64,000 nt of DNA from Lama glama (taxonomy: Eukaryota), in NCBI GenBank assembly GCA_028534125.1, contig CM052818.1, positions 48,486,001 through 48,550,000 on the forward strand, in the 5' to 3' direction. The notes beneath the pieces were generated by a model. It saw nothing but the letters and a program-made list of their open reading frames with translations, searched no databases and was not told the origin of the DNA. Shown in pieces: positions 13,546 to 26,929 of the stretch. Within the stretch, counting starts at the first letter, position 1; each line of letters starts with the position of its first letter. The position numbers and the translations under genes are program-made.

Positions 13546-13882
13546 TAGACTGTAGACTTGTAATGCTGCATATAGATACATTTATGGAATGTATACATTT
13601 ATGGAATTCAGTGAGGTCAGAAATAACAATCCATCTCACAACTATTTGAAGGTATCAATCCGAAGAGCATTGTGCTTTTAAAAATGGCCTGTGGCATCCC
13701 GAACTCACTTATGTTGTACTAGCTACTAATTCAGTAAGGTGCTCCTTTTATGTGGATCTAGTAACATGAACAATGAGTTCGAACAATTATGGTACTTATT
13801 TAAGGATGAGAATTTGGTACGTTTCTAGAGAGTTTCCCAACTTCTATTTTCTCAACACATTAATCCGTACCACACATCAATT

Positions 13883-13922
13883 AAACAAACAAACAAACAA
13901 ACAAACAAACAAACAAAAAACA
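13883..13922. repeat. (AAAC)n microsatellite
   Basis: Directly visible. Confidence 0.95.
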
Positions 13923-14839
13923 ATCCTTTGTCCATCCAGTCCCTTCAGCCAAGCTTGTGGTTTGTAAGGTAAACAAGGAAGTTACCAGTGCTTACAAGTG
14001 CAGACGGGATGTTCTGCAGCCTCAGGTCACCCGGGAGGCAAGGTACTAGTTGATGTTTCATATATTTTTTCACACAATAATTACATAAATTAAATATCTT
14101 CATGTAACTTTCTACATAGAGTACTGGTCCCACATGATAAATTACAAGAGCTGCAGGTGAAGGAGCTACTTGCCAGACAGGACTACGCCGTGAGCTCACT
14201 GCTTAGAATTCACAAACCGAGCTCAGATGGAGGTGCTTCACCCATAAGAGAATTCATTGCTCTTAACTGATTCTTGTTAGAGAAAACTGAGCCTCCATTC
14301 ATTAATTTGGTTCATTTCTGACAATGATTGTCTTAGACTCTTCCAGGCTCAGAGAGCACCCGAGTTTGTACCACACCAGGGCGGTCACGGCAGAAGCAGT
14401 GACGTCCGGGGTCTGTGCCTGAGGAGGACGCATCTGGGACAGAAGAGCCTGCCTCGGCCCCAGACTCGTCAACCTTTCTTTTGAGTATGGACCACTTTTT
14501 GCTTAATGCAATGAAATTAGAACTGTGTGTCCTTTATCCTCAGTCCTGAGAAATTCCAAGGAGCAGAACTGGAGACAGCTGGTCCAGCAGATCACCTGTC
14601 CTGGAAGACAGCCAGCCAACAAGCACAGTGGGATCCCCACTCCAAGAGGCTGGGGCTCTGGACATAGAGATGTAGGTACCACCTACAGCAGGGATGTTGG
14701 TGAAGCACCCTGCAGCCTTGTTCATTCCAACCCAGGTCTTCACTTACAGGGCAATCTGATTCGGCAGGCACTTTGGGTGATTAAAGATAAACCTAGACCA
14801 TGGACTTTTTAAAAATATTTTTTAGCAGCAAAGGTCCAA

Positions 14840-14971
14840 TTTTTTTTATTCATTTTTAATTGATTCAGTCTCTCTCTCTCTCTCTGTATATATATATATG
14901 TGTATATATATACACACACACACACATATCATTGTCAGAAATGAACCAAATATATTATATATAATATATAT

Positions 14972-15004
<33 letters not shown>

Positions 15005-15400
15005 ATTTTTTAGGTTATTTTCCTTTATAAACTATTACAAGATATTGAGGACAGTTCCCTGTGCTATATAGTAGGTCCTTGTTGTTTATCTATTTTATAT
15101 ACAGTAGTGTGTATCTGCTAATCTCAAACTCCTAATTTATCCCTCCCCCATTTCCACTTTGGTGACCGTAAGTTCATTTTCTATGACTGTGAGTCTATTA
15201 CTGTTTTGTAAATAAGTTTTTTGATTCCACATATAATTGATACCATTGGTATTCCTCTTTCTCTAGCTGACGTACTTCACTTAATAGGATAATCTCTGGG
15301 TCCATCTATATTGCTGCAAATGGTGCTATTTCATTCATTTTTGTGGCTGAGTAATATTCCAGTGTGTGTGTGTGTGTGTGTGTGTATACACATATCTCTT
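14840..15400 (-). mobile_element. Cetartiodactyl-type L1 3'UTR with expanded (TC)/(TA)/(CA)/(GT) microsatellites
   Basis: TATTACAAGATATTGAGGACAGTTCCCTGTGCTATATAGTAGGTCCTTGTTG; same family as 46832-47577 and 16847-17103. Confidence 0.9.
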
Positions 15401-15409
15401 TACAGTATT

Positions 15410-15505
15410 CTCTCTGTAACCTTGGGCAAGTTATCTAACGCCTCTGTGCCTCAAGTTGCTAATGCATAAAATAGAGATTAATATATTTGCCAGGATGAAA
15501 TGTTA
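15410..15505 (+). mobile_element. MIR core
   Basis: TGTAACCTTGGGCAAGTTATCTAACGCCTCTGTGCCTCAAGTT. Confidence 0.85.
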
Positions 15506-16846
15506 AGTGTTGGACATACCATATGGACTCACAAATATCACATGGAAATAAAATACCAGCCATTAGAATCATCTACGTGGTCACCCTTCCTGATCTAACC
15601 CTAATAGTCACCATATTGTTAGTAGATTTATTTTTCTAATAAGGAAATTAAGCAGCTTTTTCAGAATCACGAGGGTTATTATGCGGTGGAGGCAGATTTT
15701 CCAGCCTCAGATTCCTTCTCCCACAGCCCGCTGGGGAGAGGAGAAAGGGTGACCTCAGGAAAAGACAGGTGGCCAGCCAGCAGTGGATTCACATGGCGCA
15801 GAACTGGCTCTGCACCGAGGGTCAGTTGCACTCAGGGCCCTTTGCGAAGCACCGACTAGCACGCTAGCCTTGAGTCCTGGACTTGTGCCACTTTCCCACT
15901 GGGCCCGGCCTGGCAGAGTCGGTCTTGAGATAAAACGAGAATGCCCCAGCTCTCCAGTCACGTGCATTTAGTAAATCGCCCAGGGTACATGGGCGAGACA
16001 CCCCATAACGTCCCGCTTGTGGGACGAAGCTCTGCCCCGTCAGGCCCTGGCTGATGTCCGGACACCCAAGCCACGGAGACGTAACGTGTGAGGGAATCTT
16101 GCCTCGAAGATGTGGCTGAGATAGCCGGCCTACAGAGGAATCACCAGACTCAGGGCTGATCCGAAACACAGCACAGAACGTGGCCGCGGAGGGACCTCTC
16201 CCGGGACCCTCACTCCGACCGCTGTTCAGGGCTGTGCACGAGAATGTGTGATGGGCAGGGTCGGGGTGGGGGGGCTGGTAGCTCACTTTCTAGCAGATCT
16301 AACAAAAAGCAGCTCTCAAGTATGATGGGCCAAACTCTTACGTTTGGGGACTGGAAGGTTGGGATGTCTCAAACACCCTGCTCCCCCCAACATGTGTGTT
16401 CAAGCCAGTCAGATGACATGGAAACCACGTGAGGGATGAGAAAATGCTCTGGCCCGAGCGACCTCTAGAGAGCCTGTGGTCCAGCGTCCCCGCGGTGAAG
16501 ATGAGGGTGTGGTCCCGGGTGAGAGGGTGATGTGCCTGATGCAAAGTGAAGGTGGTTTTACCAACCAGGACTCCAAATCCAGCAAGGTTCTATTGCTTCG
16601 CTTTGTTAACGATGCTGCAGGAAATTGGAAACCATCTGTGTTACTAAAATTTGTGAATAGGTTGACAGAGAAACACGTTGTCCAACTGCTCCGCAGATAA
16701 GGTGGGAAAAGATGGATGTGGGTAAGAAGCAGTGGACTTCAGGGGGGAAGAAAGATGACCCATCCTGTATTAAGAATTGTCCAACATCTGGGCTTCCCTT
16801 TTCTTAACCTGGACAAACCACTGCCCCTCTCCAGGCTCAATTTTCC

Positions 16847-17103
16847 AGGGGTGGGAGGGATAAACCAGGAGTGTGAGATTAGCAGAGAAACGTTACTATA
16901 AATAAGATTGATAAACAGCAAGGACCTGCTGTAGAGCAGAGGGAACTGTCTCCGATGCCCTGTAATAACATATAATGGAGAAGAATCTGAAAAAAAAAAT
17001 GTGTGTGTGCCTGAATTGCTTTGCTGCACACCTGAAACTAACATTATAAATCAACTACACTCCAATAAAAAAATAAAAACTAAAATTAAAAATGTAAAAA
17101 AAT
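16847..17103 (+). mobile_element. 5'-truncated cetartiodactyl-type L1 3'UTR with A-rich tail
   Basis: GGGAGGGATAAACCAGGAGTGTGAGATTAGCAGA...CACCTGAAACTAACATTATAAATCAACTACACTCCAATAAAAAAA. Confidence 0.9.
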
Positions 17104-19650
17104 GCAATGACATAAAGGGAGTCATAACTGTACAGCCTCTAACATCCCCTCCCTGTTTGAAAAGGCTCCCGTCTCTAGTGAGATGACAGGGGACGTAGAA
17201 GAAACCAAGAACAGAAGAAGGGAAGACACGCGGAGGGGAGAGAAGCAGATGCTTGTAGCCAGCACCCACCCGGGTCGTGTTTCCCTCTTTCTCTGAAGCC
17301 AAGAGACCCTCTGAGGGCATGAACGGTGGCAGCCGCGCCCGGGGATTTCCCAGGGGTTGCGAGCCGTGAAGGGACCCATAGCTTCCCACTTCCAGCAGGT
17401 GGCTTCGAGGGCAGGCCCCGGAAGGACTAGGTGACACGGACACGGGAACGCAGCTGCACCCTGCCTAGAAGGAAGCGGCAGGGCCTGCGGTGGCAGCTGT
17501 GCCCTGGGCCCGTCCTTCCTGCGTCCCTCTGCATAGTCCCGTGGCCTTGGGAGCGGGGGCACAGGTGCCTCTGGCTGTGACCTGGCAAGAGGTCTTGGGA
17601 GTGAGTGTCCCTCAGTGTTTATAGCTGCCCCCCAGTTATTTGTTGTCTCCTTGGGCTGGACAAAGAGCTTCCATCACAAGACAATTCCGGTGCCTAGCCC
17701 CCAGCAGAGGCCAGAGCAGAATGCGCCCCGGGTCCGCTCCACCTGCTGTCACTGCAGGCACACGTGTTTACACCTCCTTCCCCGCCCCTGGGCCGGTGGG
17801 AGGACCGGAGGGCTCTCCGGCCCCTGGAAGAGCTGGCCCTGCCCGACACCCACACACACCCACCGCGTGGCGAGAGCATGCGTCAGCTCTGCGGCATCAG
17901 GACCTCCATGAAAAACTGCCGTCGTGTCTGTGTCTCACCCCCATCTGCCACATGCTGGCCGACCAGAGCAGCCCACCCGCTTGTACAGACAGGGCTGGCC
18001 AGCACCGCATTCCTCTGAAGGCGTGAGCCTGACACCCTCAGAGTCGGCATCCCTGTTGTTCAGAGATGCTGCGTCCAGTCCGAACACCAGCTGACAACTG
18101 CAGAGAATTACATCACAGCCCAAACCTATGTCTCAGCAGGAGGTGGGCACTGGATTTCAAAGACAGCCTTACAGGGGTCTCTGCCCCACAAGTTCTCTGC
18201 ACTGAACCAAACCTCCTGTCACAGGAAGATCTGGATTATTGTTCTAAATGCCTAACCTGATAAGCAGCTTCTAGAACTTGGAAACCCACAGCTGTTTGGT
18301 GCTCCGTTTCCTCACTTCTAAGCTGAAAGAAATTCTAACTAGGTGATTCCAAGGAGCCTTTTAGGGTGGAAATCCTATGATTTAATAAAATCAACATATA
18401 TACGGTGCAGTTATTATAAAAGATAGAGGGGCAATGTTGGTCTTCTTAAAAGAGAGGGTGCTGGATTCTGGATTCTGTCTGTGTGTCTGTCTGTATTCTG
18501 GATTCTAAACTGACAGTGTTTGGAGCTGACGGTGACTTTAGTTTTAAGGCTTCCAGCAGGTGTGAAGGATTTGTCTCTCAACCCATGGTCACGGGGAACG
18601 GTGGCAATTACATGTGTTTCCATGTGCGGGACCAAGGAAAGGTTTGGGAAGGGTGTCCATATCAGGGCACTTGTATCTGAAGAAACATTCTTGAAATTGT
18701 CTGTTTGGAGCAGATGCCACAGGAAACAGTCACCTGGCTTTCGGCGCTGAGGGAGGAGGCACTGGCCCTTCCCTGTAGGACTCCCTGCCTCCTCACGGCC
18801 ACTGTCCAGGTGGCGGCACACAGCGGTCACAGTAACGGGTGAGGGAAGGGAAACCTTCAAGAAGCCTGGTGTCCAGGAGCAAGAGGAGGAGCTGAGCATC
18901 TGGGGATACTGGTTCAATGATAAACCTTAATAAAAAATGACTCTGTCTATCTAGACAGACACCTGCCTAGTGAGGCTGGCATTCTGGCTGCACCACATCA
19001 GCCAGGCATCTGACTTCCGGGTGCTTTCCACTGTCTGCACCTTCAAGTCCGTGTGTGAACGAGGAGGGTCGGGTCCCCCTGGAATCTGCCCCTTGCTCTT
19101 CTCTGACTGGTCCAGGGGCAGCAGACTTTCCATAAGCGTTGCCCAGGGCACCCTCCTCGCTGTCCCCCAGGCCGGAGACCCCAGGCTGCTGGACCAGGCA
19201 GAGGGGCTGAGCAGCAGCCAGAACACATGCCCACTGGATTCCAGCTCTTTCCATGCCTGGCCCACACAGGCCTCTTGGCAGGGCACCGAGTCAGGCATCT
19301 GCAGCTGCCACCCTGCAGGAGTCCAGGCGGGGACAGCATCCTCCCAGCAGCGAAGCAGATGGTCTCACCACGCCTCCACAGGGAGTCTCTTTCCCTGCCC
19401 CGAGTGTCCATGGTGTCACAGTCAGTATGCGCTTGTATAATTCCCTCATTATTGAAAAGAAATGGCCTTTTTTTACATTAAGCAAAATTCAGTAAAGTAT
19501 GATTTTCCAAGGTGAAATAGCATTTTATTCCTGTAATCAGCTTGATTTTTTTCCCTATTGCTGCTATGGAAACACAATACTTTTGGTGAGAGAAAACGTA
19601 GTGCATAGTAAAATAAAAAGTAGAATGTCGTAAGCTGACTATACTCTGAT

Positions 19651-19785
19651 AAATATATATATATGTGTGTGTGTGTATATATATATACACACACACACAT
19701 ATATATAATATATATATATATACACATAATATATATATATATACACATTATATATATATACACACACACACATATATATATAATT
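19651..19785. repeat. Compound (TA)/(TG)/(CA) microsatellite
   Basis: Directly visible. Confidence 0.95.
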
Positions 19786-20404
19786 TTTTTTAACATGTAG
19801 AATGTCATCAGCAATGTAAATCCTCTTCCCTGGATTCCTTATTGATAATGGATTCCAGCGTCTGCCTGGAAGTGGGAACAGAGTCTGTGTTCAAATCTGG
19901 CAGCTCTGGAGCCTCACTATTCCAAGTCACAAGTATGCCTTTCTACAAGGAAGAAAGCTTATCGTGCCTAGAAGGAGATACTCATTCAACAAACGTGTAG
20001 AGACATTATGTAGGTTGGCATGAATGACGGATGAGTCAAGGTTTCAACTGTCAAGGTGCTGTGATCCCAAAAGGACAACACACATGGGGACAGTGTGGAA
20101 GGTGCACACAGTGCGCTAAGTGGTCTCCAATGAGGAAGGGGCCCAAAACAGTGATGGTTCACTGCTGATGGGGGAGCCGGGAGGAACGTGAGCAGGGCCA
20201 GCTGCACAGAAGAGGAGATGCTTGACTCTTAACGAGCAGGAATTGGATGGATGAATGAGTACTGAAATACTGTCACTAGACATCACAGAAATTCATAAAC
20301 ATTTGAAATCACTGCTGTTCTCCGTCCGAGACTCAAATGGCTTAAGTGAGCAAGACATAGGAAATGTCCAGCCCAGAAACCCCACAGGGCATGTCAGGAT
20401 GCAA

Positions 20405-20695
20405 ACAGCTGCACAGAACTCACTCTAACAAATACGAAAAGCAAGCTTTGAAATGATCCAACTAACGTTAAGTAATTTTCTGTGTAACAAACCCAAACAC
20501 ACTATTTAAAGAATAAAACAAAATTCAAGAATCAGTAATGTGAAATTCAGTACGTCCAGCATCCAAAAAAAAAAGGATCAGAAATATCAACAAGCAGGAA
20601 AATATGATTGGTCACCAAGAGAAAAAGCAATCAATAGGAAAAGATCCAGAAATGGCCAAGATGGTGGAATCTGAGGACGGGAACATTAAAGCATC
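20405..20695 (+). mobile_element. Old L1M 5'UTR/ORF1-start remnant
   Basis: A-rich; AAGCAGGAAAATATGA...CAAGAGAAAAAGCAATCAATAG...CCAGAAATGGCCAAGATGGTGGAAT. Confidence 0.6.
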
Positions 20696-21097
20696 AAGGA
20701 TACAGTGAAATATCACATGGACAGTCAGCGGGGAGCCACTGTTAAGAGTCTGGAAAGTGAAGGTTCAGAAGTCACAGCCACAGCTTTTCTGCAGTGCTGC
20801 GTCTCACCACAGATGATACATTCTACCTTTACTGTCCGGGAGAAAGCGGTGTCTACACACGCTCCGTCCTCCCCCTGTTTATTCTATTCATAAATTGTGC
20901 AGTGACCATTTGGCTTTATAACTGATGTGTTCCAGGGTCTTGGACATGAACTCTTGCAGTGGTGAGGACTGATTCCAGGTGACTTTTGCACTTTTTTGTT
21001 GAAAATCCAGAGAATGTTACCACTGCAACTAAAAAAAAAGGCAGACTTCATGTAAGTATGGCTTATTTTGTGGATCTCGTCTCAAATATGATAAAAG

Positions 21098-21218
21098 TGA
21101 CATCACCAAGATGGTGACATAGGTCATACGCAACTTCACTGCCCCACACAAGAGCAACTAACAACTAACAGCTAACTAACTACTCACGGACAAGACACCA
21201 CTGAGCAAATCCTGAACA
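21098..21218 (+). mobile_element. L1M extreme 5' end fragment
   Basis: CAAGATGG YY1-like start followed by CAACTAACAACTA...CACGGACAAGACACCA. Confidence 0.45.
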
Positions 21219-21609
21219 ATAATAAGCCAAGTTAAGCTGCATATTAAAATACTTTTATTTTATTCTTTTATGGGAACATTTTCTCCAGTGGTGTCTTTAA
21301 TTATTTGCTTGCATTGATTTTTCTAGTTTAATTCAAATAACATCATAATTTTAAGATGAGATGTCTGGTCTTTTTTTTTTCCTTGTATACCATCTTCTTT
21401 CTCTTCATTTACTTTCCTTTGGTTTTTTTTATTCATTCTTTAATATTTTTCATTAAATTATCATTTTTCTCTAGTGTCAACTGGTTTTAAGTGTATCCCA
21501 AGCAAACTCTGGTTCTGCTGCTAATTTTTTCCTTTCCCTTTTTTCCTCTTATTCCCTAAATTCAGTTTCTTTTTTATATTTGTACGTGACCTTTATATTT
21601 GTTAATCTA

Positions 21610-21970
21610 TTAATTCACCCAACAAATATTCATTGCATGCCTTCTATGTGCAGGCACTGTTACAGGCACAGGGAGGTTAGCAGTCAATAAACAGACAAAA
21701 ATCCCCGTCTTCATGCAGAGACAGATGTCAAATCAATCAATCAAACCAGACACATTTGTGTCTGTGCTTCTCATCATCAGATAGGTGTGTCATCCTCAGG
21801 TGATAGTAACTATTTTGGAGGAAGACGTCACTGGAAGGGAGGTAGTGAACAAGCAACAAACTCCAGGCAGGAGGATTATGAGATGCAAGGCCTTGAGGCT
21901 TACCTGAGCGACCTGGTCTGCTGAGGAATACCAGGAGTTTGGGGTTCAGGGAACTATCAGATAAAGCCAT
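21610..21970 (-). mobile_element. LINE-2 3' remnant
   Basis: CAACAAATATTCATTGCATGCCTTCTATGTGCAGGCACTGTT. Confidence 0.8.
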
Positions 21971-22307
21971 GTGGGCATGCTAGCGGTGTCCAGGAAAGAA
22001 AGAGCTCACTTCTGACCTTTGCAGAACAGAGGACAAAACATGACCAGAGGCCCTCTGGGCACGGGGGGAGGGAGAGGCTGCTTCACAGACTGAGCTCAGA
22101 AATGCCACTTACCAAATAAAACACCAACAAAAAGCCTCATTGCAAGTGCATTATTATGACGATCTTTATTTTGAAAGCTTCACTTCAAGCAATATTGTCA
22201 AGCACAGATGCCCAATTCAGTGTGGCTAAGTTTCTACATCTATATTTGCATATACGCCATATGGCAATACCAAAGTATTGCCCATCCCCTCCTGGGTACC
22301 ACCTTCA

Positions 22308-22346
22308 ACACACACTCACACACTCACACACACACACACACACACA
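22308..22346. repeat. (CA)n microsatellite
   Basis: Directly visible. Confidence 0.9.
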
Positions 22347-24084
22347 TTGACAGACACATGCACAGAGACAGGCTTTTCTGTTTCACTTCTGACCTGACTC
22401 ATTCTGACCCTAAGCATTTTAAAAATAGGACACTTAGTATGTTCTAAAAGTCATAAAAGCCAATCTGGATAAAAGATACTCACAAAGGCAGGCTTCCTGA
22501 AGAAATATCATTGAAATCCGTGGCAAATTCTAAGAAAATTAATCAACATCCCACTGAACTCAGAGAACACTCTCATTTAGCTGGGTTTCCCTGAGGATTT
22601 TCATGAGCTGCCCTTCCCAGGGGGCAAGCCCCTCCCGGGGGAGGCACTGCAGCACCTTGGGAGGTGACAGAAGGGTGTGTCGGGATGCTGGGGACCCAAA
22701 TGCTCTGTCATCGCTGACCTCTGCCTAACTTCCTTGCAACAGTCTGGTTAGAGCAGCCCTTCCGAGGGGGCTCTGGGCCCTCCCTGGTGTTTTATGACTC
22801 TTAGCTGAAAGATGGATGCTTACGAAAGCCAGCGAGCTTGTAGCGCGCATCGACCCTCCTTACCTGCTTTGTAAACACTGCTTCCACCAGATTCTCCATC
22901 TATGTATGGGATGTGCGTATTGTGGTTTGCGGAGGATTCAGGACAATCATTGCGGCACCACTCACACACCTACTCTTAGAACTTCCCTGTAGCAGTGTGC
23001 CCTCCTGCAAGAGGTAGCTGGAGTGTCTGTAATCACACATGGGGATTCTGGAATCCGGGCTCTGAGGCACGCTTGCTGCTTCAGGAAAGGTAACCAGGTG
23101 GCTTCCTCACCTGGACTCCGTTGATAGTTTATGCTTTTTACTTGATTCACCACTAAGATGCTTGACACGCCCTCCAATTACTAAGATCTCAGAAAAACTT
23201 CATCCATCATTAAAGAAATTCTTATTTTATTTATTTATTTATTTGTTTGTTTGTTTGTTCATTTTTTACTGAACTAGTTCTAGGGGTTGGGAGCTGAGCT
23301 GACCATGTCCTTTTTCACCTTTACCCTAAAAAGCCTCGCCTGTCTCCATGATTATCATTTGGAAGATGCATGTCAGCATTATCTAAGACTTTCTAAGAAC
23401 ACCAATGCCCAGGTGACACCCAAGCTCTATGCCGCTGGGAGGCTCTGTGGGCAGGAGAGCACTGAGAGCTGGCGACGTCTGCTCTGCAGGATGGCCCAGA
23501 TACCCAGCCCTCCGTGCCCAAGCCACCACCCCTCACCGTCAGCCCCCTGGAACACCATCGTCTACAGCCCACAGGCTTCGCAGTCCACGGCTGGAGCTCC
23601 TCCAGCGTCTCTGAACACGCAGGGGTGACTCTGATGACTGGGTGTGCACTGTTCCTCGTGAGAATAACCTTGTTCTTGTCTTCTTCCTGGAAATCTCCCA
23701 CACGTCTCTCAAAACCAGCTTTGGTCTCTCTGAGGCGCATTTAGTCAGCTGTGCCTTACCGTGTAGGTACCACATTGGAGACCTGGATGTCTGTTGGCAT
23801 GTCTGTCCCTCCCTGCATCCTGCAGCGCCTGCTGCCACCAGCGTGCCTCACATGGGGTCTGTGCGGACAGTCCAGGTGGAAGGTCACTCTGATGAGCAGA
23901 GCTGGATTGAGTTCCACCCCTGAAATTTCTGTCTTTAAGGGGCCCACATGCACAGAGAGTCAAGGAACATGTGTCTCGGGGGTGAATTCACGTCTGGTGA
24001 CTGTGTAAGAGATGCCAGAATTCATAAGGGACAATTCATGAGGGACAATGTTTAATGTCCATTTAAACATTAAAGCACCTACAT

Positions 24085-24225
24085 GATCTGAGCGATGTGG
24101 TCCCCATTTATTGTTTGCGAAACTGAAGCTCACAAGGAAAAGCAGCTTCCCCGAAACTGGAGAGGTGGGGCTGGGATTCCAACCTTGACGGGTCTGAAGC
24201 CGAAGCCCACGGCCTTTCTAGCTCA
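24085..24225 (-). mobile_element. MIR remnant
   Basis: CCCCATTTATTGTTTGCGAAACTGAAGCTCA...GCTGGGATTCCAACC. Confidence 0.65.
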
Positions 24226-24609
24226 AAGGCTGGATGTCCACAGGGAAAACTGATTTCGGAATGAAACAGGAAAGAAGTTGAATCGCAATTCAACTTCTCA
24301 ATTACAACAGAGTGAGTTAGGATGGCTTCAGTGTGCTTCGCTGTCCTTGAACCTGAGACCCTGCGGGGGCTGGCACTCACCCAAGGCTGCTCTTCCTCCC
24401 GGAGGGGTCACGGCCCGTGGTCTCTGCCCGTTCTGCCTCCCAGGCCTCAGAGCCCCAGCTCCCTGCGGGACTCCCATCACTCCCCGTTGCCCTGACAACA
24501 CAACCCGCACCAGCCCTGCCGCCTGCACTGCCATCCCCCTCCCCTTAACGCAGCGCGCTCTGTGCTGAGCCAGCTGGGGGCTGGGGGCTGCTTGGCCAGG
24601 GAGTCAGGA

Positions 24610-24742
24610 CCCTGGCCGAAGCTTCTGGGCTTGAGGAGATGGCCCACCTCCTTGAGCCTCAGTTGGCATCTCACCTGGAGAAGCAGCAACTGAGTCAGAA
24701 CTGACCACCTCTAAGGACCCCTTCTAGCTCCAGAATCCTGAG
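24610..24742 (+). mobile_element. MIR/MIR3 remnant
   Basis: CACCTCCTTGAGCCTCAGTT...CTCTAAGGACCCCTTCTAGCTCCAGAATCCT. Confidence 0.6.
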
Positions 24743-25769
24743 GGCACATCTGCCGGGGCATTCGCAGCCCCCTCCCCACCCCCAGCAGAGGGGCTCTTCC
24801 CCCGGGGGTCCCTTGCTGCTCACCAGTAGGGCCTTGCCTCCACCTGGGGCTAGGGCAGCAGCCACCTCCCCTGCCTGGACCCCGGGGGGGCCGGTCTCCC
24901 AGCTGCCCAGCCTGTACCGTGAGTGGCCGCTTCCTCACGTCTAGTGTAATGTCCTCATTCCTTGGCCCTGATGCAGCCCCAGTTTAGTGTTTCTCTTAGA
25001 GGAATTCATCCCACCGAGAGCTGCAGGAAAGAGGAAGTCCAGCCCTCCAGAGGCTCACTAAGTGGCCAGGAGCCTCCTGCTGCTGCGCTGGGAGCGCCTA
25101 CACTCACCAGTTAAGCCCTGAGACAGCTGGGCTGGCAGCACCGGGGACCCACGACAGCAACTGTGGCTTACTGGCCTTGCCCGCGCACATGGAGACAAGA
25201 ATGACACCCCATTCTGAGCCCCCATCTTCTCAGCCCAGGGACTCTCCTCCAGCTCACTCCGGTCTCTGCCCCCGCTCCTCCCCCCTCCTTCCTTCCTCCC
25301 CGCTCTGTCGCCCCTTTCTCTTCATTCACCTCGAGGGATCTTCTCCCTCTCTTCCTTCCAGTACTGGTTAGGAAACCAACCCTCGTGCATCTGCCTCCGT
25401 CCAGCCCCGGCAGCAGGGAGACGACCCCCTCGGGGCCTGCGCAGCCAGCTCCCCGCCTGGGCTCATCCTTTCACTCCTGCGCTCCTTCCCCCTCCCCCCC
25501 CCAAGCTTCATCACCGGATTGTGCCCTGTCAGCGTCTCCCTCCGCATCCCAGTGACAGCAGCAGGAGGGGAGACTATTCTTCTCCCACTGGAAGAGGAGC
25601 CAGCAGCCAGAGGGCAGTAAATTCAGGGACTTTCGATTTGCTAAATAAAATTGGTTCAATACGCACTTGAATGCATTTGTGAATATTAGCAAATAATCTA
25701 TGGAACTACTCCGGGCCGTGGTGACGACAGGTCAGTCGGTCACACCTTATTCATCTGCCCCCTTCTTAC

Positions 25770-25850
25770 CTTTCAAATATCTATAGAGACGCGGCAGTAC
25801 ACAAAGGACCCGACTTTTCAGAAAAAATTACCCCGAAGAGCGGGGATTGT
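25770..25850 (-). other. Candidate non-coding internal exon (81 nt)
   Basis: Minus-strand acceptor CTAATTCATCTTTTTTTCCCCTTAAATCAG and donor AAG|GTAAGA; stops in all three frames. Confidence 0.3.
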
Positions 25851-25999
25851 CTGATTTAAGGGGAAAAAAAGATGAATTAGGGGGGATGCTGACTAAAAAT
25901 GAAACAAGCAGACACATAAGCAGGAGCTCACATCTGTGAGAAGAAGGGCATCCCCCGCACAGCCTCGGCCTCCTTGACTCAGAGAAAGGAGCAAAGGGC

Positions 26000-26135
26000 A
26001 GAGCGTGCTTCGGAAGCAGCCAGAGCCCCGGGCCCCCGCCTCAGAAAGCGCTGCGCTCAGCCGCGTCGGGGCGCTCAGCACGGAGGGGCCGGGCAGCTCC
26101 CGTCATGTGACTCCACCAGGGCTTAGAGCCCTGCT
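26000..26135. mobile_element. MER5-like hAT fossil, GC-shifted
   Basis: GAGCGTGCTTCGGAAGCAGC...CCCGGGCCCCCGCCTCAGA...CTCAGCCGCGTCGGGGCG follows the MER5 motif order. Confidence 0.45.
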
Positions 26136-26929
26136 GGTCCCACAGGAAGCTGACAGAAGGGAAGAGAGAGCTCTTGCTTCTAAAGTCTCGGGATCTGAAA
26201 GAGGCATGTGTCAGCCCCACTCAGACTCCCCCGGGAGCCCTGCTCAGTCGCCATGGTCACACAGGGCGGCAAGGGGCGCGGGGAAGGCGTTATCAGCACC
26301 CCACACCCAGTGCACAATGGTTGAATGGAATTAAATAAAACAGTGCTCAGAATACGCTTTGAAAACCAGAGATCTCATTTCAAACGTTCAGTCTTCTGTT
26401 GTGAAAAATAAGGGTGCCAGGTGTCGGAAGCACTGGGCGGTTTTTATTCTTACAACAATTTTCCGCGTCTAAACCACGCTTCACCATTTACAAAGCATCT
26501 TCTTATATATCTTTTTTTTTTCATTTATTCATTTGGGGAAATTTGCTCTGCAGATTCCCAAGCCGGAGCATTGATGATTTATTAAACCCACAGGAGGGAC
26601 CCAGGTACCTGACTGTACGTAGCACTGAAATCGTGAACAAGCTAAGAAGCAGTAAATCTCCGACGGTGGAATATGAAGAAAAGGAGGAGATGAAAGAATA
26701 AAAGAGGGTGAAAATATATCATTATAAAGCCTTGGAATCCATGGAGACCAGAAGGATGTGCTGCTGAGGGCTTTCTGTGAATGGGCATTACTACCGAAAC
26801 CACACATTAGATGTTAGGATTTTAAACACTGAGGGCCGGGCCAAATGTCATTTTTATTCTTCTTCACAAATAGGGAAAGGTTTTTTAAGGTCCCTTTAAG
26901 TGGCATAAATAGCAGGAGGGACCTAGGAG

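Noticed and set aside
13576..13607. Short tandem duplication ATACATTTATGGAAT x2 (similar 14-bp duplication at 24019-24046)
   Set aside because: Ordinary slippage duplications with no array structure
17392..17403. CTCF-like CCAGCAGGTGGC
   Set aside because: The 3' flank departs from consensus, and a single motif match in 64 kb is weak evidence
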